Virus record (IMG/VR): IMGVR_UViG_3300037420_001897 | Length of the DNA stretch: 64,000 nt | Reading direction: 5' to 3' (one strand) | Origin: an uncultured virus (IMG/VR IMGVR_UViG_3300037420_001897) | Lineage: Duplodnaviria > Heunggongvirae > Uroviricota > Caudoviricetes | In this document: positions 18,955-27,713 of the stretch, piece after piece | Numbering within the stretch: position 1 is the first letter of the stretch | Layout: each line of letters begins with the position of its first letter | The notes under the pieces: generated by a model | The model's input: only the letters and a program-made list of their open reading frames with translations | Database searches by the model: none | Told to the model about the DNA's origin: nothing | Made by a program: the position numbers and the translations under genes

Positions 18955-19306
18955 CCGACACGAAGCGGTGGAGCCCATCCTGACGCCTTCGCAAATGGCC
19001 GACGCGCTGCGGCGAGAGCGAGCCCGCGTCTCCGAACTAGAGCGGGAGCGGGATGAGGCGAGGGAGGCGCTGTTCAACTTCATCGCCGACGCCAAGCGCT
19101 GGGAGGAGGATGTTGACGGCGACCTCGACGAACACGGGCGGGAGCTGGTCACGATCACCTATCGCGGCTCATTCAGCCATTCCTCGCTGGACGACCTGAT
19201 TGCCGCTTTTGGCATCACGCGCGGGTTTGACGAAACCGCGGGCGACGCTTTGGCACTGGCCATGGCGGCGAGTTGGCCATCAACCCTCGTGGAGGACGAG
19301 CCATGA
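18947..19306 (+). CDS. Hypothetical protein
   Basis: Coupled ORF with a short coiled coil. Confidence 0.55.
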   Translation: MDDRHEAVEPILTPSQMADALRRERARVSELERERDEAREALFNFIADAKRWEEDVDGDLDEHGRELVTITYRGSFSHSSLDDLIAAFGITRGFDETAGDALALAMAASWPSTLVEDEP

Positions 19307-19638
19307 CGCTCACCGACGCCCAGCGCGACCTGCTGGAGGACAAGGTCGTCCTGTGGGAGCGCGCATCCCGCGTAGGGGCCGAGGACCTGCGCGACTACAA
19401 CCGGCGCGCTGCCGAAGCGCTCAAGATCGCGCTGTCGATCTGTTCCGCCCTCCAAGCCCGCGTGGCCGCGCTGGAGGCGGCGGCCCGGCCTTTCGCCAAG
19501 ATCGCCGAGCAATATCGTGAGGGGAGCTACGGCTTCAGGATCGAGAGCAGCCGCGGCCCCGGCCCCCTGGCATTCACCCGCGAGGATGTGGCGAGCCTGA
19601 CCGCCCTCCTCCCTGCCGAGGCCCCCTATGGATCGTGA
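19303..19638 (+). CDS. Hypothetical protein
   Basis: GGAGG RBS, ATGA-coupled. Confidence 0.6.
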   Translation: MTLTDAQRDLLEDKVVLWERASRVGAEDLRDYNRRAAEALKIALSICSALQARVAALEAAARPFAKIAEQYREGSYGFRIESSRGPGPLAFTREDVASLTALLPAEAPYGS

Positions 19639-20026
19639 AGCCAATCGGCCCCTCCTGCGGTTTGCCTTCGTGATGCTCGCGTTCAATCTCGCGCTAGACG
19701 CGGCACGCCTCCTGGGCGCGCCAGTTTGGCGGGGCTGGCCGCCTGGAGATGCTCACGACATCGGCGCCCTAGCCGCCATGATCGCGTGGATACTGACCAC
19801 GCCGTCTGGGAATCTGACTGAGCGCCTGCAGGTCCTGCGCCTCATCGACCAGCTGCGCGCCGACGAGGGCAACGCCATCACCATCCTCTGCGACAACCCC
19901 GAGGGCCCGCCGAACAACGCGGTCGAGGTGGTAGCGGACTGGACGGGATGGGAAGAGCGGCGGTTTGATGGCGCGACGCTGCTGGAAGCGCTGCAGGCCG
20001 CGGCCGCAGCGGCTCCATCGCGATGA
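19628..20026 (+). CDS. Hypothetical membrane protein
   Basis: Hydrophobic N-terminus; coupled. Confidence 0.55.
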   Translation: MDREANRPLLRFAFVMLAFNLALDAARLLGAPVWRGWPPGDAHDIGALAAMIAWILTTPSGNLTERLQVLRLIDQLRADEGNAITILCDNPEGPPNNAVEVVADWTGWEERRFDGATLLEALQAAAAAAPSR

Positions 20027-20358
20027 GCCGCACCTCGCCCCCCTGCCACACCCCCGGCTGCGGCCGCCGCCGTCCCCGCGGATCTCGCTTCTGTGGCTCC
20101 TGCCGGCGCGCGATTCCGCGCGAGACATGGCTCGCATGGGACGGGGTACAAGACGCGTGGAAGAGCGCCGAGGCATGGGGCATCCCTGCGGCCGACCGGC
20201 AGGCGTGGCAGGACTTCCTCCAATACGCCTGGCTCCGCATGCTGGACCTGGCCGCGCTCCAGGCATGGGCCGAGCGCAAACTGCACACCAGGCCCGGCGA
20301 GGTCGAGCGGATGGCGTCGGCGGTCGGCATCGACGTGTGGGAGGTGCGGTTCGGATGA
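20023..20358 (+). CDS. Hypothetical protein, N-terminal Zn-finger-like
   Basis: CxxxxC...CxxC; coupled at both ends. Confidence 0.6.
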   Translation: MSRTSPPCHTPGCGRRRPRGSRFCGSCRRAIPRETWLAWDGVQDAWKSAEAWGIPAADRQAWQDFLQYAWLRMLDLAALQAWAERKLHTRPGEVERMASAVGIDVWEVRFG

Positions 20359-20711
20359 CCGACGCCGTCGCCCGCCCCGACTATCTCGGCCCGTCCACCG
20401 AGGCGAGGTTCGCAGAGGCATTTGCCCACAGGGCTATCATCCCCTGCTCACAGGCAGCGCGCCTTCTCGGGGTTGACGAGAAGACCTTGCCCCTTCTCCC
20501 TATCCCATCGGTGCCCAGGGGCCGGCAGCGCGGCTACACCGAGCGCGACCTGCGCACCTACCTGCTCGAAGGCGCAGCCAAGGAATGTCCGTCTATCAAA
20601 CAACCAAGAGCCGCTTCTGGCAGTACGACTTCGTCCTTCAAGGTCGTCGGTATCACGGATCTACCGGGCAGACGACACGACGCGCAGCGGAGAAGTTCGA
20701 GGCGCGCCTGA
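20355..20711 (+). CDS. Putative excisionase (HTH_17-like)
   Basis: QAARLLGVDEKTL...RGYTERDL; directly upstream of and overlapping int. Confidence 0.6.
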   Translation: MTDAVARPDYLGPSTEARFAEAFAHRAIIPCSQAARLLGVDEKTLPLLPIPSVPRGRQRGYTERDLRTYLLEGAAKECPSIKQPRAASGSTTSSFKVVGITDLPGRRHDAQRRSSRRA

Positions 20712-21757
20712 GGGTCGAAGCGGCCGAGGGCAAGCTCCACGAGGCCGCGCAGCTGACCTTAGACCTCGCCGCTGGCAAATGGTGGATCGAGGTCGGGCAG
20801 CACCGGGGTGAGAGCGACGTCGACCGCCAGAAGGACCGCTTACAGCGCCTGGTCCGGCTGTTTCCGAAGGACGTGAGGCTCGCCGAGATCACCACGGCCA
20901 TGGTCTCGGACGCGATGCAGAAACGTCGGGCCATCACCTTCAAGCGGGGGAAGGATAAGCGGGACGCTGACGGGAAGCTTGTCCGGGCCAAGGAATACGC
21001 GGTCTCCAACGCCACCGTGAACCGCGACGTGATCCAGACCCTGCGTCCGATCCTTCGCCGCGCCGCCCGCATCTGGGGAGCCCGCGGCCTGCCGGCAATC
21101 GCCTGGGACGAACTCTCGCTCCCGGTCGGCCGGCCTAAGATCCGCGTCTACTCCGAGGATGAGTTGGCCGCTTGGACAGCGGAGAACGGACCAACGGCCG
21201 CCTTGGCGCTGCGCCTGCTGCGGCGCTACGGCATGCGCTTCGGCGAGCTCTTCTTCCCGCTGCACGCGTTCGAGCCCGAGGGCCCGCGTCTTTCCTGGAT
21301 GACAGGCCGAAAGAAGGACGTCTGGCACACTGTCCCCCTGCTGCTCGAAGACGCCCAGGAGATCGCTGCACGGGTGGGCCGGGCCAAGGCCGCGAAGCTA
21401 GACACCATCTGGTTTGTCGAAGAGATCGAGGAGGTCAACGGCGAGCGCAACGTGAAGCTCGTCGAGCTCACATACTATGGCCTTCAGCAGCGCCTGCGCA
21501 CCTCGTCCAAGCGCGCCGGAATCCGGCAGGGTCGCGTGATCCACGGCACCAGGCACCACGCCGGCACAGCCGTGCAGCGGGCCTTCAAGGACCGGAAGGT
21601 GACCCAACGGCTCCTCGGCCACATCGATAGCCGCAGCACCGACGTCTACGTCCACGCCGTGGAAGAGGACGTACTCGCGGCGCTCGAAGCTGCCGAGAAG
21701 TCCCGGAATAGCCCCGGAGCGAAATCGCGGGATCGGAAAAAACGTAAGCCGGCCTGA
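20585..21757 (+). CDS. int: Tyrosine integrase
   Basis: Catalytic R (GMRFGE), K, HxxR (HGTRH), H (LLGH), Y (TDVYVH); N-terminal arm-binding domain; adjacent att core. Confidence 0.93.
   Translation: MSVYQTTKSRFWQYDFVLQGRRYHGSTGQTTRRAAEKFEARLRVEAAEGKLHEAAQLTLDLAAGKWWIEVGQHRGESDVDRQKDRLQRLVRLFPKDVRLAEITTAMVSDAMQKRRAITFKRGKDKRDADGKLVRAKEYAVSNATVNRDVIQTLRPILRRAARIWGARGLPAIAWDELSLPVGRPKIRVYSEDELAAWTAENGPTAALALRLLRRYGMRFGELFFPLHAFEPEGPRLSWMTGRKKDVWHTVPLLLEDAQEIAARVGRAKAAKLDTIWFVEEIEEVNGERNVKLVELTYYGLQQRLRTSSKRAGIRQGRVIHGTRHHAGTAVQRAFKDRKVTQRLLGHIDSRSTDVYVHAVEEDVLAALEAAEKSRNSPGAKSRDRKKRKPA
21699..21718 (+). repeat. 20-bp direct repeat copy 1 (putative Int arm-type site)
   Basis: AGTCCCGGAATAGCCCCGGA, identical to 21952-21971. 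Confidence 0.8.
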
Positions 21758-21777
21758 GGTTTAGCAGGAGCGCTCAG

Positions 21778-21826
21778 GGCTTTCCTAAAGCCAAGGTCGG
21801 GGGTTCGAGTCCCTCCCGGGCCGCCA
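21778..21826 (+). other. attP core: 3' half of tRNA-Arg(CCT)
   Basis: Anticodon stem-loop GGCT-TTCCTAA-AGCC, T-arm GGGGG-TTCGAGT-CCCTC, acceptor 3' strand CCGGGCC-G-CCA, immediately after the int stop. Confidence 0.88.
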
Positions 21827-21951
21827 GCGCACGAAATAGCAGGCCTTTGAAAAGGCCCATTAATTCCCGCCAACTCGGAGGCTGCCGTGGCGGCTGAGCG
21901 CATGGCCCGAACCGGAACGAACCGGAAAACTCCGGGACGCATAGGCCTAGC

Positions 21952-21971
21952 AGTCCCGGAATAGCCCCGGA
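21952..21971 (+). repeat. 20-bp direct repeat copy 2 (putative Int arm-type site)
   Basis: AGTCCCGGAATAGCCCCGGA, identical to 21699-21718. Confidence 0.8.
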
Positions 21972-21975
21972 TAAT

Positions 21976-21990
21976 GTTCCGCGGATGTTC
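21976..21990 (+). promoter_or_regulatory. Alphaproteobacterial LexA (SOS) box GTTC-N7-GTTC
   Basis: GTTC CGCGGAT GTTC, 16 bp upstream of the GIY-YIG start. Confidence 0.7.
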
Positions 21991-22006
21991 AGGGTGAGGT
22001 CACGCG

Positions 22007-22336
22007 ATGGCGAAGACTGACGGGGACCAGGTCGTATATCTGGTGCGGGCCAGGACGCTGGGTCTGATCAAGATCGGCGTGGCGAGCGACCTGCGGACCA
22101 GAATGGCCAACCTCCAGGTCGGCAGCCCGGATCAGCTCGATCTCGTGGGGGTGATCAGGGCGTCAAATGCGCGGGACAAGGAAATGGAGCTGCATGGATG
22201 GTTTCGGAAGCAGTGGTCACACGGTGAGTGGTTCCGACCGTGCCGGGCTCTGGAGCAACTGATCGCCGACAACAGCCTTGCAGACCATCAACGCTGGCAG
22301 TGCGAGCAGCTGAGGGGGCTCGTCGAACCTGACTGA
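22007..22336 (+). CDS. GIY-YIG family nuclease (T5orf172/MUG113-like)
   Basis: VYLVRA...IKIGVA...RMANLQVGSP...E.ELH..F...GEWF. Confidence 0.85.
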   Translation: MAKTDGDQVVYLVRARTLGLIKIGVASDLRTRMANLQVGSPDQLDLVGVIRASNARDKEMELHGWFRKQWSHGEWFRPCRALEQLIADNSLADHQRWQCEQLRGLVEPD

Positions 22337-22923
22337 TGGGAACCCGCACCGCAGACCAGAAGCCGATGGATTGGCAGGGCACGCTCGGCCAGATGCGCCA
22401 GCATGGAACCCGGGTGGCCCAGTGCTGCACGGCTCCGGACTGCCGTCGATGGAGCATTCTCGACGTGAACTTCCTCATCCACACCTTCGGCGAGGACTTC
22501 ACGCTCTGGGACCGCCGGCCGCCCTGTGGTCTCTGCGGCCGGCCGACGCACTACATGGCCGCGCCGGGGCCCTCCACGCCGTTCCGGCCGCTGCTGAGCG
22601 GGCAGGAGCACGACCGCATCCACAAGGCGTTCCTGAAGTCCTTCGGCTTCACCAAGCGAGACGTGCGCCGAATCCAGGCCATGGCCGAGACCGTCGAGCA
22701 CGGCGAGGCGCCCGCAGCCCTGGCGGACCTGGACGTGCCCTTCCGGGTGGGCGCCTGCATGCCGGGCCAGGAGAGCCGCTCCACCGGCAAGTACCTGGGC
22801 GAATGGGCCGGGCGCACGCTGCTCTGGTGGGAGATGGGGGAAAGAGAGACCGAGGTGTGGAGACGCAAGCGCGCGACCGGTCCTAAGCCGGTGCCCTCGA
22901 CGCCGCGGCGGCCGCGGTCCTAA
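22336..22923 (+). CDS. Hypothetical protein with N-terminal Zn-ribbon
   Basis: TGATG-coupled; TLGQM...CxxxxC...RPPCGLCG. Confidence 0.75.
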   Translation: MGTRTADQKPMDWQGTLGQMRQHGTRVAQCCTAPDCRRWSILDVNFLIHTFGEDFTLWDRRPPCGLCGRPTHYMAAPGPSTPFRPLLSGQEHDRIHKAFLKSFGFTKRDVRRIQAMAETVEHGEAPAALADLDVPFRVGACMPGQESRSTGKYLGEWAGRTLLWWEMGERETEVWRRKRATGPKPVPSTPRRPRS

Positions 22924-22982
22924 CGGGGTCGTGTCTCACTTTGCCATTTAGCGGCGCGCGGCTCGTAGGGGCGCGCGGGCCT

Positions 22983-23165
22983 TTAGGCATCAGTGCAATC
23001 TCGACATTGGAACTGGCCCCCGACGTGACGCCAGGGGCCGCGCACTTCGACTAGCACCGTGTTTCTGTTGTCGGCGCGTGTATCGTCCTCCTCATAAACC
23101 GCTTCGCCGGTGGGGCCGCAGCGGTCGCAGCGCAGAGAGCAGATTCGACGTACGCGATCAGTCAT
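22983..23165 (-). CDS. Small Zn-ribbon protein
   Basis: CDRC...CRDC. Confidence 0.5.
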   Translation of the reverse strand: MTDRVRRICSLRCDRCGPTGEAVYEEDDTRADNRNTVLVEVRGPWRHVGGQFQCRDCTDA

Positions 23166-23312
23166 GCCGCCACCATAGCGGCTACCTCGCCCAGGCGCGA
23201 TATCCCCTGGGCTGGCCAGACGGCCGCGGCGCGCTAGAGTTGGCCGTCCCATGGGAGCGCGAAGCGGCGCGCGCCGGGGGTGGCCCGCCTTACCGCGCCG
23301 CCCGGCCCGGGC

Positions 23313-23347
23313 AACAAAAAACCCCGCCAGCCCGAAGGCCGGCGGGG
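23313..23347 (-). terminator. Rho-independent terminator ending the late operon
   Basis: Minus strand CCCCGCCGGCC-TTCG-GGCTGGCGGGG-TTTTTTGTT. Confidence 0.9.
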
Positions 23348-23371
23348 CGCATGTGCAGCGGTGTTGGGTCG

Positions 23372-23566
23372 TCAGATCGGATCGTCAGGCGTCGCAGCGA
23401 GCCGGTCGGCCACGGCGTTCGACGCGTCTCGGAACTGCGCATAGAGCTCGTCGAGACGCGCCTTGTCCTCAGTCGACGCAGCCTCGCGGATGGCCGGGAA
23501 GTTGGTCATGAACTGGATCGCCAGGCTCATGGCGGTGGAGATCAGGTTGAAGGTCTCGGGGTTCAT
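23372..23566 (-). CDS. Small helical protein of the lysis cassette
   Basis: ATGA-coupled to the lipoprotein gene. Confidence 0.7.
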   Translation of the reverse strand: MNPETFNLISTAMSLAIQFMTNFPAIREAASTEDKARLDELYAQFRDASNAVADRLAATPDDPI

Positions 23567-23889
23567 TGGGCGATCGCCTTCAGCTGGGTGATGTTGGCAT
23601 TGGCCGCGCGGAGGTTGGCGGCGGCCGTGGCGGCGTCGCCGGCGGCCAGGGCCAGGTCGGCGGTGTCGAGCAGCTGGTCGGTTTGCACGCACAGCAGCTT
23701 GGCCCGGTTGAAGGGCTCGCCTTTCAGGGCGCCGGTCGCATGGGCGGTCTCGACCGACTGGCAGAGCTGGGCATGGCTGGCGCGGGCCAGGGTCGCGGAG
23801 CGCTCGGCGGCGTAGGTCGTTGGGCCGGTGGGTGTGGCGCAGGCGGATAGCGAGATCGCCAAGGCGGAGGCGAGAAGCAGTCGTTTCAT
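23563..23889 (-). CDS. Lipoprotein, putative spanin component
   Basis: Signal peptide II with lipobox LSAC; directly after the endolysin. Confidence 0.75.
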   Translation of the reverse strand: MKRLLLASALAISLSACATPTGPTTYAAERSATLARASHAQLCQSVETAHATGALKGEPFNRAKLLCVQTDQLLDTADLALAAGDAATAAANLRAANANITQLKAIAQ

Positions 23890-23898
23890 CTTGGTCTC

Positions 23899-24354
23899 CT
23901 AGTCCAGCTGGAAATGCGGACCATCAAGGAAGTCCGGGCCGGGATGCCGCGCGCTGTAGGCGCTCACAGCGGCCTTCAGATCGGCGCCGAGGTCGTTGAG
24001 CCGCTGGTCCCAGACCCCGCCCCAGGTGAGGCTGACCGCCTCGGCGATCGCGGCTTGGCGCATGGCTTCGGCGATGTGCCAGATCGGCCCCCATTCCCAC
24101 CGCAGCGCCCCGTCGATCCACGGCACGAGGTCGACCGCGTGGCCGAAGCCGTCCGGCTGCTTCAGGTGCTTGGAGGCCAGGGTGCGGGTGACGCCACGGC
24201 GCATGTACTCCCGCTGCGTCTTCAGCGTCCGCAGGCCCTCGAACACGGCGAAGTCCTGGGTGGTGATCGCGATGGCGCGCCGGACCACGCGCACGAGGTC
24301 CGGGTGCACGCCCTCCAGCTTGGCGAGGGACTTGGCTCCGAGCACGTATGTCAT
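23899..24354 (-). CDS. Endolysin, peptidase M15 family (L-Ala-D-Glu endopeptidase-like)
   Basis: LEGVHPDL, EGLRT, SKH...GHAVD, WGGVW, DGPHFQL. Confidence 0.92.
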   Translation of the reverse strand: MTYVLGAKSLAKLEGVHPDLVRVVRRAIAITTQDFAVFEGLRTLKTQREYMRRGVTRTLASKHLKQPDGFGHAVDLVPWIDGALRWEWGPIWHIAEAMRQAAIAEAVSLTWGGVWDQRLNDLGADLKAAVSAYSARHPGPDFLDGPHFQLD

Positions 24355-24638
24355 GGCGGCGGGTCCTTGGGTGATGGGTCGGGCGCCTTGGGCGTCAGGG
24401 CCTCGGTCATCCGCGCCTGCGCCTCGGTCCCCGCCTTCGTCCCGCCGAACAGGTTGGCGGCGACGAGCAGGATCCCGCCGGTCGCCAGCGCGCCGATGTA
24501 CTGCATGAAGGCCGCGACGCTCAGTAGGGCGGGGTTCTCGCGGATCATCTCCAGCGAGAAGAAGGTCAGGCCGAAGAAGCCCAGGACGGCCCAGCCACGA
24601 AGGTCGGGCCAGCCGGGCCCGGGGATGCGCCGGCTCAT
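24351..24638 (-). CDS. Putative holin (2 TM)
   Basis: Two hydrophobic segments, upstream of the endolysin. Confidence 0.7.
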   Translation of the reverse strand: MSRRIPGPGWPDLRGWAVLGFFGLTFFSLEMIRENPALLSVAAFMQYIGALATGGILLVAANLFGGTKAGTEAQARMTEALTPKAPDPSPKDPPP

Positions 24639-25054
24639 AGCGGCGAGACCTCGCCCGGCTGGTTGCCGGGGGGCACGCGCCAGAAGGCCTGGGCCGGCTT
24701 TTCGTGCGGGATCTCGTTGACGGTCAGCAGGCGCTCGTAGGCGTCGACCGTGGCCCAGGCCTGCCGCAATTCGCCGCGCAGCAGGGCGAGCTCGGCATCC
24801 TTGGCGGCGATGCTTTCGGTATGCTCCTTACGCATGGCGTTCACCTCGCCTTCGAGCTCTTCGACCCGGCGGCGGAGGTCAGCGATGGTTTCGGCGGAGA
24901 CCTCCTGGGCGATGCGGATAAGGTCGACCCGCTCCTTTCGCGCGATGACCCGATCGGCCGAGGATTGCTTCCACACCGCCCAGAGGCCGGGCGCCGCAAC
25001 GACAGCAAACCCGGCCCAGAGCGGCAGCTTCCCGAGAAAGTCCCCCACATCCAC
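24635..25054 (-). CDS. Membrane-anchored coiled-coil lysis-cassette protein (holin/i-spanin-like)
   Basis: N-terminal TM followed by a coiled coil; RBS GAGGGGG. Confidence 0.65.
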   Translation of the reverse strand: MDVGDFLGKLPLWAGFAVVAAPGLWAVWKQSSADRVIARKERVDLIRIAQEVSAETIADLRRRVEELEGEVNAMRKEHTESIAAKDAELALLRGELRQAWATVDAYERLLTVNEIPHEKPAQAFWRVPPGNQPGEVSPL

Positions 25055-25124
25055 GTCATGAGCCCCCTCTGGCGGAGTACCAGCCCGCTACGCACGTCGG
25101 TTGATCGGCTTGGGTCATCGAAGA

Positions 25125-26294
25125 TCAGCGCCCCGGCAGCAGGGCCAGGCTCCTCGCCCAATGCCATCGCTCAAGGTCCAGCGCCTCCAGCGGCTGCACG
25201 CCGCCCTTGATCAGGGTGTTGTCGGCCCCCTCCCCCTCCGCGGCCCACTTACCGTTCGGGTCGGCAAAGCGGTTGCCGAACGCGTTGACCATGCTGCCGT
25301 CGGCGAGGATCACGCTCGGCGCGTTGCGCGGGTCATCGCCGCTCGCCTGCAGCATCACCGTGTAGCTGAGTTGGGCCTGGGTGTTCTCGAGGCGACCGCC
25401 CTGGCCGTTGCCGGTGATGATCACATTGCGGTCGATGACGACATTGCGGAAGCCGAGGGCGTTGCGGTTGTCGTCCAGGTAGATGCCCATAATCGCCGCG
25501 CCGCCGGCTTGGTCGAGCAGGTTGTCGCGGATGATCAGGCTATCCGTGGGGGCTGGCAGGGTCGCAGGCTGGGTCCAAAAGTGGATGAAGCCGGCATGAT
25601 CGCCGCTGCCGCCGAGGTTCACCGGGTTGCTGTCGTGCAGATAGTTGCGCTCGATCAGGATCGGGCGATCCGGGCCCGAGGCGCTGAGCGCCGAGCCGGA
25701 GATCATGCCGGTGCGGGTGTCCCCCACGTCGTTCAGCCGAACCGTGGGCGACACGGCGGCGGTGAGCACGATGCCCTTGTCGACGCTGCGGATCTTGTTG
25801 TGCTCGATCAGCACGTCCGAGGAGCGCTGAACCTTGATGCCGGTGCCGGTGTGCGTGCCCGCGATGCTGTCGTTGTCCGAACTGGTGTAGGTGGCGCGCC
25901 CCGCGATGACGTCCAGGTTCTTCACCACCACGTGCTTGGCGGTGTCCACCAGCACCGCCGGGCTGTAGGACTTCGTCGTGTCGTTCGGCGTGAAGCGGAT
26001 GGCCAGGCCGTCCAAGGTGAACCCGTCCACCCCATAGACCCGGGCTGAACGCAGCCCGCCACCCGGCTCGGCGGGGATGACGGTCAGCGACTTCTTGAAG
26101 GCGAAGTCGCAGACGGTGGCCGCCGCCGGCACCGGCAGCACGCCGCCCACTGACGTCGCGGCGTAGGCCTTGGCGAGATCTTCGCAGGGGCCGGCGCTCG
26201 CGGATGGGGCGAGCGTCGACATGGCAAGAACGAGGCCCAGAGTTAGGGCGGCGGACGCGCGCGGGCGACGCGCGGGCTTGGGCGTGACGGTCAT
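25125..26294 (-). CDS. Right-handed parallel beta-helix protein (pectate-lyase-like depolymerase) with signal peptide
   Basis: RBS AAGGAGG; basic plus hydrophobic N-terminus ending ASA; repeated NVxIxxN beta-helix rungs. Confidence 0.75.
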   Translation of the reverse strand: MTVTPKPARRPRASAALTLGLVLAMSTLAPSASAGPCEDLAKAYAATSVGGVLPVPAAATVCDFAFKKSLTVIPAEPGGGLRSARVYGVDGFTLDGLAIRFTPNDTTKSYSPAVLVDTAKHVVVKNLDVIAGRATYTSSDNDSIAGTHTGTGIKVQRSSDVLIEHNKIRSVDKGIVLTAAVSPTVRLNDVGDTRTGMISGSALSASGPDRPILIERNYLHDSNPVNLGGSGDHAGFIHFWTQPATLPAPTDSLIIRDNLLDQAGGAAIMGIYLDDNRNALGFRNVVIDRNVIITGNGQGGRLENTQAQLSYTVMLQASGDDPRNAPSVILADGSMVNAFGNRFADPNGKWAAEGEGADNTLIKGGVQPLEALDLERWHWARSLALLPGR

Positions 26295-26305
26295 GGAGGC
26301 CTCCT

Positions 26306-27307
26306 TCAGGTGCAGGGCGCGTCGATGCGCGCCGGTCGGCCCAATGCCGCCTCCACCGCGTTGCCGCAGCGGGTGACGCGCGTGGGGTTCTGGATGGTGA
26401 TCCGGGTCTGCATCGTCGCCCCAGCCAGGGTCCGCACCCGGTTGTTGCGGATGATGCTGTCGCGGCCGTCGTAGAGGGCGATGCCCTGCGGATGGCTGGT
26501 GGCGATGTCGTTGTCCTCGATGACGATGCGGTCGAAGCCGCCGTCGTCGACCCCGTCGCGGATGTGGTTGAACATCCCCACGCCCTGCATGTCGCCGGTG
26601 GCCTTGTTGCCGCGAATGGCGACGTCCGACACCGGGGCCACGGTCGGGCGGCTCCACAGCTGGATGCAGTCGGGGTGCTCGTCGGTGAGCCGGCGGAACC
26701 CTTCGCAGTTGTTGGCCTCGATGACGCCCTTGTGGCTCAGCGCCACGTCCATGCCGTCGACCCGCATCCGCGTGAAGTGGTTCCCTTTGACCGCAAAGCC
26801 GTCGGTCAGGGTCATGGTGAGACCCCGCTCCCAGCCGACGAAGTCGCTGTCGGCGACGGTGACGGCGGTGGCGCTGGCGATGCGCAGGCCGGTTCCGTCC
26901 GCCACGGCGCCCATGTAGCCCGGCCGGCTCTCCTCCGGACCGACAGCGGCAAGTCCCTTGGCGATGAAGCCGCTCCACCGCTCCACTGCCAGGCCTGCGC
27001 CACAGCCCTTCACCGGGTCGCAGACGGTGGCGATCGCCGCGCCGTTCAGCACCAGGCCGCCGCCATCGCGGAAGGTCCAGTTGGTCAGGGTCGCGCCAGT
27101 GGCGTTGATGGTCAGCGGCGGGTTGAAGGTGCGGCCGCGCAGGTTGACGGGACCGTAGACCCCAGGCGCGAGGGTGACGACATCACCGGGCTGGGCCGTG
27201 GCGGTCAGCACGGCGAGGGCATCAGCCGGGGTGGCGGTGAGGCTCGCCGCCGCCGCGTTGATCGGGGCAAGCAGAAGCGCGGCCAGAAGGCCGAGGAATG
27301 GGCGCAT
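26306..27307 (-). CDS. Right-handed parallel beta-helix protein with signal peptide
   Basis: MRPFLGLLAALLLAPINAAAA; AQPGDVVTLAPGVYG; HPDCIQLW; beta-helix rungs. Confidence 0.85.
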   Translation of the reverse strand: MRPFLGLLAALLLAPINAAAASLTATPADALAVLTATAQPGDVVTLAPGVYGPVNLRGRTFNPPLTINATGATLTNWTFRDGGGLVLNGAAIATVCDPVKGCGAGLAVERWSGFIAKGLAAVGPEESRPGYMGAVADGTGLRIASATAVTVADSDFVGWERGLTMTLTDGFAVKGNHFTRMRVDGMDVALSHKGVIEANNCEGFRRLTDEHPDCIQLWSRPTVAPVSDVAIRGNKATGDMQGVGMFNHIRDGVDDGGFDRIVIEDNDIATSHPQGIALYDGRDSIIRNNRVRTLAGATMQTRITIQNPTRVTRCGNAVEAALGRPARIDAPCT

Positions 27308-27512
27308 GGGGGTGACCTTTCGAGCAGGACTGGAGACCCGGCAGGCGGGCTCAGCGCAGCGGGCGTGTGACGGCGCTTAGGCCGGGCGGGTACGCGCTAC
27401 TGAAGTCGGCGAGCGATGGCCTCGCAGGCGCGGCGGCTGTGTTCACGCCAGCTGCGCAAGGCCAGGAGGGCGAACAAGCTGACAAGCGCCAGCAGGCCGA
27501 TCTCGGCGGGGA

Positions 27513-27713
27513 TCAGTGGGTCCACTGGGCCGCCGCCAGCATGGCTAGGTCGAACCACACCACCGGGACCGCGCAGGCGTAGGCGAGCGCGCCGAGGCGA
27601 TCGCCCTTTCGGGCGCAAGCCATGGCCCGAAGCGCCAGCGGTCCGCTGACCGGGCCCATGGCCATGGCGAAGACCAGGCGGGCGAGGCGGGGGCGGGTCA
27701 GGTCTGCAACCAT
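27513..27713 (-). CDS. Small hydrophobic protein
   Basis: 66 aa with two hydrophobic stretches. Confidence 0.45.
   Translation of the reverse strand: MVADLTRPRLARLVFAMAMGPVSGPLALRAMACARKGDRLGALAYACAVPVVWFDLAMLAAAQWTH

Noticed and set aside
21751..21826. Functional full-length tRNA-Arg gene
   Set aside because: No D-stem or conserved U8/A14, and mismatches at the stem ends; treated as an att core.
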